The position numbers and the translations under genes were made by a program. DNA of 63,867 nt, counting the filler. It is 5 parts of 5 records of this genome, joined end to end, with 100 filler letters (N's around TTAATTAATTAA, not from the genome) between each part and the next. Parts side by side here need not be neighbours in the genome. Positions count along the whole stretch, not along the records: positions 1 to 15,347 come from DRR723986_5171; positions 15,448 to 23,205 come from DRR723986_5178; 3 more parts are not named here. One strand, 5' to 3'. The notes below the pieces were generated by a model that saw nothing but the letters and a program-made list of their open reading frames with translations, did no database searches and was not told where the DNA came from. Positions 11,101-19,392 of this stretch are shown here, piece by piece; the stretch's first letter is position 1, and every line of letters starts with the position of its first letter.

Positions 11101-11506
11101 TGCCGGCCGAAGAATCCGACGATACATCAGCTGTAGCCGTTTCAGTGGCGGGCGCTTCAGCTTCAGCTGCGTCGGACGTTGATGATTCATCCGCAGCCGC
11201 TTCGGTTGCGACGGCTTCTGGAGCAGCGTCGGTTTCCGGAGCAGGTGTGGGAGCGTCGCCCGTTTCTTCACCCTCTTCATCTTGACGAACACGGCGGTGT
11301 GCCTCCATCTTACTATCGATGGTTGCTGCCAGTTCGGCTTCTTTAGAAAAGCTGTCCATAACGATGGTGACCATGTCGGGAGTCAACATCGCTGTGGGTT
11401 TGTTTTGAATCTCGTGACCCTTCGCCGTCAGCAAGGAAACAATGCGGTCTTTACCAACATTGATTTGAGATGCAAGCTTAAAGAGTCTGACCCCTTTTTT
11501 CGCCAT
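8168..11506 (-). CDS. infB: Translation initiation factor IF-2 with long acidic N-terminal region
   Basis: MGHVDHGKTSLLD, GGITQHIGAY, DTPGH, NKID G-domain motifs; likely start ATG 11506. Confidence 0.98.
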   Translation of the reverse strand: MAKKGVRLFKLASQINVGKDRIVSLLTAKGHEIQNKPTAMLTPDMVTIVMDSFSKEAELAATIDSKMEAHRRVRQDEEGEETGDAPTPAPETDAAPEAVATEAAADESSTSDAAEAEAPATETATADVSSDSSAGSAPSDAVDAETPAAEEPAAEAESAESESGAEVGTVIVLDDKSSGRGRRGKREKAKPEAKAEDKPKATETTAPEAETTEAKAAEPAEKVEPKAKPVDSSPADVSPAEEVKPAKEEAPAAEAKTEAKVETPVETSAPAKAEVAATPEEPAAVEENKAEAKADTPVEAETPVAETTEEAPAETAPESESEEVAAEATESSSADDADEAYDEDHGDDDDGTEDGEEGSEEETDEAGGKKRKRKRKIAEIEYQAGEAPTLKGLTILGKIDLVSKAKKKENSKKRSKPKDKEPDTGGALFAKRDKASLDPSLLASTDSGGVAASSEEGGDAKGKRRRKKGKKVKVSQEEVDKAIRKTLSTSDESGASQRSKMRQRRRQERAEEQERQREQEEIDQQILSVTEFITVAELANLMDTPTNEVILTCMTLGLMVSINQRLDKDTIMLIADDYGYDVDFVDELSDDSIVDEEDPEETLTPRAPIVTIMGHVDHGKTSLLDYVRETNVVAGEAGGITQHIGAYKVKVGDNREIAFLDTPGHQAFTAMRARGAQVTDIVVLIVSADDSVMPQTKEAISHARAANVPIVVAINKIDRPESNADRIRQQLADIDVLVEDWGGKVQVAEISAKTGQNVDQLLEKILLEAELLDVKARSDRHARGTIIESKIDKGKGPVATAVIQKGTLNVGDAFLCGVYSGRVRAMLDERGQRVLTAGPSTPVQILGFDGAPQAGDQFVGMDSESEANKLSTKRMQIKREQAFKQIRHITLDDIASQIESGGVQDLPIILKADADGSVEALTDALQKLSTTEVRIAVIHKGVGAITESDIMLAAASNAIVIGFHIRPTPQAKRLAESEGVDIRIYRIIYDCINEIKLALEGLLRPEIKEEVSGTVEVRDVFKISKVGTIAGCYVSDGKIHRNDTVRLIRDGFDVFEGKISSLKRHKDDSKEVNQGYECGIGLENFNDVKVGDIIEAVKITKIKRKLETENEG

Positions 11507-11699
11507 AGAGTCCAATCAACCAGATATAATGTGCACCCGCAGCGTGATGCTTCGACCACAATTCGCAGGTGTCTGCTGTATACGCAACACAACAGAGGAA
11601 GAACGCCGCTCATGTACGGCGCATGTGAATCAATAACCAGGCTTTCCCGGCAGCACTACGCGCACGACGACAGGCGTCGCGCGCTGTCGTCTACCGCTC

Positions 11700-13232
11700 T
11701 CATGCTTTCGTCGACTCCACAGCAGAATCATCGGCAGACGTCGTCGTGCCTGATGTTGCTTCGGGAGTCGCTTCCGGAGCCGCCGTTATGGCAGGATCGG
11801 GGAGGGACGTTTGCTCACCACCAGCGGTGGCGGATTCGTCTGAACTATCGTTCGTTGAGGGGCTGTCTTCTGATGTCGCGCCTTCCGTCGGTGCGGTGGC
11901 AGCGGCAGTCTGCGGCGCGCCGGGAACGTAGGCGGCTTTGACAAGCTCTACGATTTCCGGCGATTCTTCTTCGTCGAATTCTTCCAGCATGATACGACGC
12001 AGTTCAAGGATCTTGTCCTTGGACAGGCCTGGGATCTGCAGCAGGTACTCAGGGTCCGCTTCCAGGAATTCACGTGCCGTATCAATCTCAGCGTTAATAA
12101 AGTTAGAATACAATTCGCGTCCCAGCTCTTCGCGGAACTCGATCAATTCAATGTCTTCGCCACCTTCTTTGACCACGGAAATCGAATATCCGGTCAGCTT
12201 GGAAGCCAGGCGAACATTCTGCCCGTTCTTTCCGATAGCGAGCGAGACTTGTTCGTCAGAAACCAGCACGGTAGCACTGCGCGTTTCTTCTTCAACCTGT
12301 ATCTCTTTAATGCGGGCCGGAGCCAAAGCTCGTGAAATGTAAACCGGAGCTTCGTCGGAGTAATTAATGACGTCGATGTTTTCGTTGTTCAATTCGCGAA
12401 CAATCGAGTGAATCCGAATTCCTTTCATACCCACGCAGGCACCAACCGGATCAATCCGATCATCAAAGGAGAAGACCGCTACCTTGGCGCGTTCACCGGG
12501 TTCGCGGGCAATGCCCTTGATCTCAATCAGGCCGTCATAGATTTCAGGAATCTCAATTTCAAACAAACGTGCCAGGAACTCATTGTCCGCACGTGATACC
12601 ACGATTTCGGGCGCATTACTTGGCCCACCCTGACGGCGGATCTCTTTAATAATGGCGCGCAGTGGCTCATTCTTACGGTAGCGTTCGCCCGGAATCTGTT
12701 CGTCACGCGGCAAACGCAATTCTATGTGGTTGTGGAGCAGGAAGACGTCACTGCGTCGTACCTGATAGATTTCACCAATGATAATCTCATTGACTTTCTC
12801 TATGTACTCATTGTAGACGTTTTCTTTTTCAATGTCGCGAATTCGCTGATTGAGCGCCTGGCCGGCCATGTTAATCAGGCGGCGACCGAAGTTATCGGCA
12901 ATATTCTCCAGCGTGATTTCTTCCAGAAACTCATCGCCTTCTTCGTACTCTTCAGCACCAAGATTTGCATCACTTACCAAAATCTGTGTGGCTTCGTCTT
13001 CGACGGCCGTCACTACAGTTTTGATCAGGTAAATCTCGATGTCTCCTTTTTCCATGTCCACGACAATCTCAAACTCAGCCTCGGGGCTGAATTTTTTGCG
13101 TACAAGCATTGACAGGGTTTCTTTGATGATACCCTGGAGAAGTTCGCGATCGATGTTGCGCGATTTTGCCATATCGGCAAAGGCTTCAACGATCAGCTTC
13201 TTATCGAACTTTGGCTTGGACCTGCGTGCCAT
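11700..13232 (-). CDS. nusA: Transcription termination/antitermination factor NusA
   Basis: AREPGERAKVAV, DPVGACVGMKG, AIGKNGQNVRLA motifs. Confidence 0.97.
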   Translation of the reverse strand: MARRSKPKFDKKLIVEAFADMAKSRNIDRELLQGIIKETLSMLVRKKFSPEAEFEIVVDMEKGDIEIYLIKTVVTAVEDEATQILVSDANLGAEEYEEGDEFLEEITLENIADNFGRRLINMAGQALNQRIRDIEKENVYNEYIEKVNEIIIGEIYQVRRSDVFLLHNHIELRLPRDEQIPGERYRKNEPLRAIIKEIRRQGGPSNAPEIVVSRADNEFLARLFEIEIPEIYDGLIEIKGIAREPGERAKVAVFSFDDRIDPVGACVGMKGIRIHSIVRELNNENIDVINYSDEAPVYISRALAPARIKEIQVEEETRSATVLVSDEQVSLAIGKNGQNVRLASKLTGYSISVVKEGGEDIELIEFREELGRELYSNFINAEIDTAREFLEADPEYLLQIPGLSKDKILELRRIMLEEFDEEESPEIVELVKAAYVPGAPQTAAATAPTEGATSEDSPSTNDSSDESATAGGEQTSLPDPAITAAPEATPEATSGTTTSADDSAVESTKA

Positions 13233-13327
13233 AGATTATATCGCTCTTGCAAAAAAGGAAACAATGTACCGGAATTGATTTTCCGGGTTTGGCAGTTGTT
13301 TCTTCGGCGGTTGTAGCTGTGCCTGAA

Positions 13328-13804
13328 TTACCAGGCTATTTCTACGATGGCCGATTGAAATTCACTGTGCGGAAGGACTTCCGCTTCTTTCAAGTTGGCA
13401 ACTTCTTTGGAAGTACCGGTTTTTTTACGTCCTGCAACTTGCAAACTCAATTGCTCACCTTCAAGGACTTCGCCAAGAACTGCGCGGACTTTTTCACCGT
13501 TGCTGCGCGTCACAATCAGGGTGCGTCCCGTATGTTTGCGCAACTGCCAAATGTGATTTAATGGTCGTTCCACGCCGGGGGAGGAGACGTTGAGTCGGTA
13601 CTGATCGGAAAATCCGTCGGTTGACTCCAGCAATGCGTCGATGCGTTTGCTGATCTGTCCGCAGGTCGATAAATCGACTCCGGCTTCACTGTCGACGTAT
13701 ACGTCAACTACCGGTCTGCGTTTGTCACCGCGAACGTCGAGTTCGATCAGATGTGTGCCGGCGTCGGCGCAAATTGACTCGATGTCCGATTGTAACTGGT
13801 GCAC
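13328..13804 (-). CDS. rimP: Ribosome maturation factor RimP
   Basis: YRLNVSSPGVERPL motif; lies upstream of nusA. Confidence 0.95.
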   Translation of the reverse strand: MHQLQSDIESICADAGTHLIELDVRGDKRRPVVDVYVDSEAGVDLSTCGQISKRIDALLESTDGFSDQYRLNVSSPGVERPLNHIWQLRKHTGRTLIVTRSNGEKVRAVLGEVLEGEQLSLQVAGRKKTGTSKEVANLKEAEVLPHSEFQSAIVEIAW

Positions 13805-13842
13805 AGTTCACCACTCCCTTGACCATTAAAAATCCTCGAAAT

Positions 13843-13867
13843 AAAAAAATGGGCGCTATAGGCCCAC
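13843..13867 (-). promoter_or_regulatory. rimP leader terminator/attenuator hairpin
   Basis: Minus strand GTGGGC-CTATAGC-GCCCAT-TTTTTT about 40 nt upstream of rimP, resembling the conserved rimP-leader motif. Confidence 0.75.
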
Positions 13868-14113
13868 TGCTTCACCACGAAGACTACAAATATACGCAAC
13901 AACTGCGCCAAAACAAATGAACGCAAACATTGGCGTGCCTTGAGTTAACACGGTACTTGTGGCACCGTAATCCCTAATTCGGTTCGCCTGTTCATCTTGT
14001 GGCGCTTTTAGGACGTGCACCTTTTGCCTAAATTGCAGGTCATTAGTTTCAATTACGCATAACAATTCAACCGTTACGGTGTGACCGAATCGGTCGAGGA
14101 GCTTGAGGGCGAC

Positions 14114-15280
14114 ATGGGATTTCAGGGTGTCGATTATTTCAATCTGGATGAAATGCTTACGGAAGACGAGTTGATCGTCCGGCAGTCAGTACGCGATTTT
14201 GTGGACAACGAAGTTGTTCCCGTAATCGAAGACCATTACCAGGCCGGTACTTTTCCGATGGAACTCGCCCAAAAAATGGCTGAAATGGGACTCTTTGGCG
14301 TGACTCTGCCGGAGGAGTACGGTTGTGCAGGTGCCAATAACATTGTGTACGGCCTGGCAATGCAGGAGCTGGAACGCGGTGATTCTGCCGTGCGCTCCTT
14401 TGCGTCCGTACAGTCATCGCTGGTGATGTACCCGATTTACGCCTTTGGATCAGAGGAGCAAAAGCGTCGCTGGTTGCCGCGTCTTGCCAGTGCACAGTCG
14501 ATTGGCTGTTTTGGTCTGACAGAACCCGACTTCGGTTCGAATCCAACCGGCATGATCACTAAAGCTGAACGTACCGAGGGCGGTTTCCTGCTCAATGGTG
14601 CAAAAATGTGGATCACCAACGGCTGCCTCTCTGAAGTCGCCGTCGTCTGGGCCAAGCTGGATGGCAAAGTCCACGGCTTTCTTGTCGAAAAAGGCACGAA
14701 AGGATTCAGCACTCAGGAGATGAAAGGCAAACACTCACTGCGTGCCTCCGTGACCTCGGAATTGATTTTCCAGGATTGCGAGATTCCAGCTGAGAACATT
14801 CTGCCGGGTGTTGCCGGGATGCGCGGGCCACTGTCCTGCCTTACACAGGCGCGTTATGGAATTTCCTGGGGGGCCATCGGCGCAGCCATGTCCGTCTATG
14901 AAAGCTCGGTCAACTATGCCAAGAGCCGTATCCAGTTTGGCAAACCAATTGGTTCGTTCCAGCTGGTGCAGCAGAAATTGGTTGAAATGTTGAATGAAAT
15001 CACCAAGGGACAGTTGCTGTGTTTGCGTTTGGCTCAATTGAAAGATGCGGGCAATCTGCGTCCTCAGCACGTTTCGCTCGCCAAGCGTAACAACGTTGCC
15101 ATGGCGTTAGACTGCGCGCGTGTAGCACGTGATCTTCACGGTGCCAACGGGATTCTGTCCGAGTATCCGGTGATGCGCCACATGGCGAACCTGGAGACGG
15201 TCAAAACCTATGAAGGTACACATGATATCCACACTCTGATTCTTGGGCAGGATATCACCGGAATCGCGGCTTTTGAATAA
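14114..15280 (+). CDS. gcdH: Glutaryl-CoA dehydrogenase (acyl-CoA dehydrogenase family)
   Basis: ELERGDSAVRSFASVQSSLVMYPI, GCFGLTEPDFGSNP, TYEGTHDIH; likely start ATG 14114. Confidence 0.88.
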   Translation: MGFQGVDYFNLDEMLTEDELIVRQSVRDFVDNEVVPVIEDHYQAGTFPMELAQKMAEMGLFGVTLPEEYGCAGANNIVYGLAMQELERGDSAVRSFASVQSSLVMYPIYAFGSEEQKRRWLPRLASAQSIGCFGLTEPDFGSNPTGMITKAERTEGGFLLNGAKMWITNGCLSEVAVVWAKLDGKVHGFLVEKGTKGFSTQEMKGKHSLRASVTSELIFQDCEIPAENILPGVAGMRGPLSCLTQARYGISWGAIGAAMSVYESSVNYAKSRIQFGKPIGSFQLVQQKLVEMLNEITKGQLLCLRLAQLKDAGNLRPQHVSLAKRNNVAMALDCARVARDLHGANGILSEYPVMRHMANLETVKTYEGTHDIHTLILGQDITGIAAFE

Positions 15281-15347
15281 ACGACTGTGACATATTCTTC
15301 GTGAACTGAAGCCGTTGAAATCACCGGGTCGAGCCCTAAGGGCTCGA

Positions 15348-15447
15348 NNNNNNNNNNNNNNNNNNNNNNNNNNNNNNNNNNNNNNNNNNNNTTAATTAAT
15401 TAANNNNNNNNNNNNNNNNNNNNNNNNNNNNNNNNNNNNNNNNNNNN
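15348..15447. other. Contig junction (N-run plus TTAATTAATTAA linker)
   Basis: 44 N + linker + 44 N, with an abrupt change in GC content and gene type. Confidence 0.99.
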
Positions 15448-16165
15448 CCTCGAAGGTGTCGATCGGGCTGTTGCCCTCGACCGTCAGCGCCAGCGCGGGC
15501 AGCCCCGGCAGGTTCAGCAGGTTGACGACGATGCCGCCCTCGGGCTCCTGCACCGAAAGGGTCAGGCCCAGCACCCGCGAGGCGTTGCTGTAAGAGCCGC
15601 GCAGCGCCACCTGCCCGCCCTTGTCGAGCCGCTGGATCGCAAGGTCCGCCTGCCCTTCGCCGCCCGACAGCTGCGCCGAGCCGTCGACCGACAGCGACGC
15701 GGCCTCTCCGAACAGCGCCTCGCCCAGATTGACCCGCGCCAGCGACAGCTCGGCAAGGTTCAGCGAGACCGGCAGGTCCGGCAGCGCGAAGGGGGCCGAG
15801 GCCTCGGGGGCCGGAACCTCGCCCTCGGCGGGCAGCGGCAGGCGCGGCAGGTCGATCTGCCCGGCAGAGATTTCCTCGATGTCGATGGCCCCGCGCAGCA
15901 GCGCCGAGCGGTTCCACGTCATCGCCACGTCGGAGATGGTCAGCCAGATGCCGTCCGGGTCGCTGACGGTGATCTCCTCGATGGTCGCCCGCGAACTCAG
16001 CGCGCCCGAGAACCCGATGACGCGGACGCTGCGGCCCTCGCCGGACAGCGCGTCCTCCAGCAGACCCTGAATGAAACCGCGGTCGGAATCGCTGGTCTGC
16101 GCCGACACGAAGGCCGGCAGGCAAAGCGCCATGAAAAGCGTGAATACGCGCAGAAGGTACGTCAT
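15448..16165 (-). CDS. tamB: Translocation/assembly module TamB, N-terminal part (truncated by contig end)
   Basis: Start overlaps the tamA stop (TGATG); hydrophobic N-terminus; GFSGALSSRATIEEITVSDPDGIWLTI resembles alphaproteobacterial TamB. Confidence 0.85.
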
Positions 16166-17967
16166 CAGAAGGCCTGTCCGATCCCGATGTAGATCTGAAC
16201 CCCGTCGCCGGTATCGCCCTGCACGGGGCCGGCCACGTCGAAGCGGATGGGACCCACGGGGGTGTCGTAGCGCAGCCCCAGCCCGGCGCCGGTGTGCCAC
16301 GCACCGCTGCCGTCGTAGAAGCTTTCGGGCCCCACATAGCCGGTATCGACGAAGCCCACGACGCCGATCTTGTCGGTCACGCCGACGCGCAGCTCTGTCG
16401 AGAGCGCGGCAAAGCTGCGCCCGCCCAGCGTGTTGCCGCCGTAGTCCACGTCCAGCGATTTATAGGGATGGCCGCGTACGGTGCCGCCGCCACCCGAGTA
16501 ATACAGATCCCCCGGAGGCGCATCGGCCGCATCCGGCCCCAAGAGCGAGCCGAACTGCAACCGCCCCGCCAGCACCACGGACTGCGCCGCGCCGAAGGCC
16601 CGGTAGCCGCGCGTGTCCAGCGACAGCCGCGCGCCGGGCTGGTCGTCGTTGAGCATGTAGAAGGGCTCTGCCTCGGCCTTCATGTAGAAGCCCTCGGTGG
16701 CATTCAGCGGAGTGTCGCGGCGATCCACGGTCAGCGCGGCGGGGGCGCTCAGCACGCTCAGCAGGCGCGTGGGCTCTCCGGGCAGGTAGAGGTCCGTCAC
16801 GCGCGAGCGCATGTAGGTGATGCCAAGGTCCCCGGTCACCTGATCAGAGAACTCGCGCGAGGCGCCGATCCCGATCTCGAACTTGCGCGAGATGTAATCC
16901 GGCTCGTCCTCGTATTCGAGATCGGTGAAAAGATAGGCCAGCGTCTCGGGGCCGTAGACGGCGGGCCGCTCCAGCCGGGCCGAGATCTGGTAGTCGGTCT
17001 TCTGCCCGCCGACGTTGCCCAGCTGCCGTGCCGCGCCATCGACGCGAAAGCGCTCTGCCCCGCCGAGGAAGTTGCGGTGCAGCCAGAAGCCCGAGACGGT
17101 CAGCCCCTCGTTCGACGACAGTTCCAGCCCGGCGCCGAAGCGGCGCGGCTTCTGGTCCACGACCTCGATGAAGATGTCCATGGAGTCGTCGGCGTTGACG
17201 GTCTCGGATTCCGTCACCTGAACGGAGCGGAAGGTGCCGGTGGCGCGCAGGCGCTCTGCGGCCTTCTCGACGTCGTCGGGGGAAAAGGTCTCGCCGCGCG
17301 GGATGCCCGCGATCTGGCGGATGCGCGGCGCCTTCACCGCGCTGTCGGAGGTCACGATCACGTCGCCGAAGCTGAGCTTTCGCCCGGGTGCCACCCGAAG
17401 CGTCACGTCCAGCTGCGCCTCGCGGTGGCGCGCGGCGATGTCCTGTCCGGCAAGATCGGCCTTGGCGTAGCCCTCTTCGCGCCAGCCGTCGATGGCGCCG
17501 CTGGCGGCGTCGCGCACCACGGTCGCCAGCGCGGGCTGGCCGGGGTTGAAGCCCTCGGGCCGGTCGCGGCCATGCGCAAGGGGCGCGATGTCGGCCCGCC
17601 CGAAGGTGAAGGCAGAGCGCGGCTCGACCGTCACCGTCACGTCGGAGATGCGCGCCGGGACGGACAGCGGCGAAATCTCGGCGGCCTCGCGCCCGTCGAC
17701 GCGGATCGTGACCACGGCGGAGTAATATCCCAGCGCATAGAGCGTCTCGACCATGCGGGCGTAATCGCCCTGCGCCGCGGCGACGATATCGGGCGTCTCG
17801 TCGACCTCGCGACCGTCGAGGTCGACCAGCAGGGAGGCCCCGCGCAGGGCCTCGACCAAAGCATCGTTCTCGTCGCCCACAAGGCGGAACGTCAACGTCT
17901 CCCAGGCAAGGGCAGGCCCGCCCAGCCCAAGGACCACAAGCGCCGCAGCCGCGCGTTTACCCCACAT
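16165..17967 (-). CDS. tamA: Autotransporter assembly Omp85-family protein TamA
   Basis: Signal peptide, POTRA-like region, GGGGTVRGHPY, GAGLGLRYDTPVGPIRFDVA, C-terminal IGQAF. Confidence 0.93.
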   Translation of the reverse strand: MWGKRAAAALVVLGLGGPALAWETLTFRLVGDENDALVEALRGASLLVDLDGREVDETPDIVAAAQGDYARMVETLYALGYYSAVVTIRVDGREAAEISPLSVPARISDVTVTVEPRSAFTFGRADIAPLAHGRDRPEGFNPGQPALATVVRDAASGAIDGWREEGYAKADLAGQDIAARHREAQLDVTLRVAPGRKLSFGDVIVTSDSAVKAPRIRQIAGIPRGETFSPDDVEKAAERLRATGTFRSVQVTESETVNADDSMDIFIEVVDQKPRRFGAGLELSSNEGLTVSGFWLHRNFLGGAERFRVDGAARQLGNVGGQKTDYQISARLERPAVYGPETLAYLFTDLEYEDEPDYISRKFEIGIGASREFSDQVTGDLGITYMRSRVTDLYLPGEPTRLLSVLSAPAALTVDRRDTPLNATEGFYMKAEAEPFYMLNDDQPGARLSLDTRGYRAFGAAQSVVLAGRLQFGSLLGPDAADAPPGDLYYSGGGGTVRGHPYKSLDVDYGGNTLGGRSFAALSTELRVGVTDKIGVVGFVDTGYVGPESFYDGSGAWHTGAGLGLRYDTPVGPIRFDVAGPVQGDTGDGVQIYIGIGQAF

Positions 17968-18243
17968 ACACGTCCCGTCCGTTCATTCGGATTGTTCTGT
18001 CCCCAATCGCTTTCACAGTAGAGCATGTCACGTCGGGGCAAAGGGCAAAAGCAGATTTCGGCAGGTTTGCGCACAGATTTGGTTGCCCCCGTTCCCGTCG
18101 GAACAAGACCTTGACGGGGCGCGCGGGGAACGGCCTTTCAATCGGACGGCGCCGGCGGGTTTGCCGTTTCCCGCAGCGAGACAATCGAGGCCGCGCGGAA
18201 GGCCGTTCAGGCCCCTTCGCGCAAGGATGCACCCGGGCCGGGG

Positions 18244-19209
18244 TCAGGTCGCGGGATGCAGCACCCTGCGGTCGCGCGCCGCCCAGAGCGCCGTGGCGGC
18301 GGCTTGCGGTTCGGGGACGCCCAGCGTCTCCAGCGCGAGGGCGGCGGTGCCGGTGACGATGGCCTCGGCGAAGGGATCCTCGTGCGTGCCTGCCCAAAGC
18401 GCCGCCAGCGCCGCCGGGTCGCGTTCGCCGTCGTCCATGCGGCGGGTCTCGTCCATGAGCGCCGGGGCGGTGCCCTCCCACGGCTGTCCGGCGCGCAGGC
18501 CGAAGCCCGCGATAGCCTTGGCCGGGTTGCGTTCGAACTCGCCGCCGCCGCCCTTGATGACGCTGAGGCTCTGCCAGCCCAGCAGATGCGCCGCATCCGC
18601 CTGCAAGAGGCGGTAGGAGGGGTGGAACACCCCCTGCACGGAGGCCCCCGCCCGCGCCGGGTTCAGCATCCGGCAGACCGTGTTGACGCAGGACCTGAGG
18701 CCGAAGGTATCGCGCAGCGACAACAGCCCGAAGAGCGCGGGCGCCATGGTCTCGACCGGGCGATAGACGATCCCGTCGCGGTCCAGCGCCCGGGCCGCGT
18801 CGGTCGTGCCGTCGGCCACGGCGATCCCGGCGCAGGGCAACCCCTGCCGCACCGCCGCGTCCGGGCCGTTGAAGCCATGCAGCACCACCCGGTGCCCGGC
18901 CTGCGCCACCAGCCGCGCCGCCAGCAGGAACCACGGCAGCCCCCGCGTGCGCCCCGCCGCGTAGCTGGGCCAGTCGAGGTCCGCCCAGGGCATCGCCCCG
19001 CAAGAGACCTGCGCCGCCTCTGCGAAACTGGCGATCTCGGGGGCCGTCTCTCCCTTCATCCTGAGCAGCATCAGCAGCGCGCCCAGCGCCTCTGGCGCGG
19101 CCTCGCCGGACAGCATCAGGCTCATGGCCTCGCGCGCCTCCTCCCGCGTGAGAGAACGCGAGCGGCCCGGACCACGGCCAAGGATGCGGACATAGGGGGC
19201 AAGGCTCAT
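18244..19209 (-). CDS. Glycosyl transferase family 3 / TrpD2 (YbiB-like) protein
   Basis: LTREEAREAM..LLMLLRMKGET N-domain, FGLRSCVNTVCRMLNP, GVFHPSY, KGGGGEFERNP; likely start ATG 19209. Confidence 0.85.
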   Translation of the reverse strand: MSLAPYVRILGRGPGRSRSLTREEAREAMSLMLSGEAAPEALGALLMLLRMKGETAPEIASFAEAAQVSCGAMPWADLDWPSYAAGRTRGLPWFLLAARLVAQAGHRVVLHGFNGPDAAVRQGLPCAGIAVADGTTDAARALDRDGIVYRPVETMAPALFGLLSLRDTFGLRSCVNTVCRMLNPARAGASVQGVFHPSYRLLQADAAHLLGWQSLSVIKGGGGEFERNPAKAIAGFGLRAGQPWEGTAPALMDETRRMDDGERDPAALAALWAGTHEDPFAEAIVTGTAALALETLGVPEPQAAATALWAARDRRVLHPAT

Positions 19210-19392
19210 ACCGGGGTCTCCTTTGTGATGGCAGGGCCCAGACGCAACGGCCCCTGCCCCGGTTCGATGCACCCGCGTCCGGGAGCGCGCAAGTCCTCCC
19301 GGGCATGGCTGGTCAGTGTCGGCCTCGCGGGGAGACGCCCTTCCGTGCGGCCTGTGGCAGGCACCGCCCTGTCACGACAGGCGCGTCCGGGA

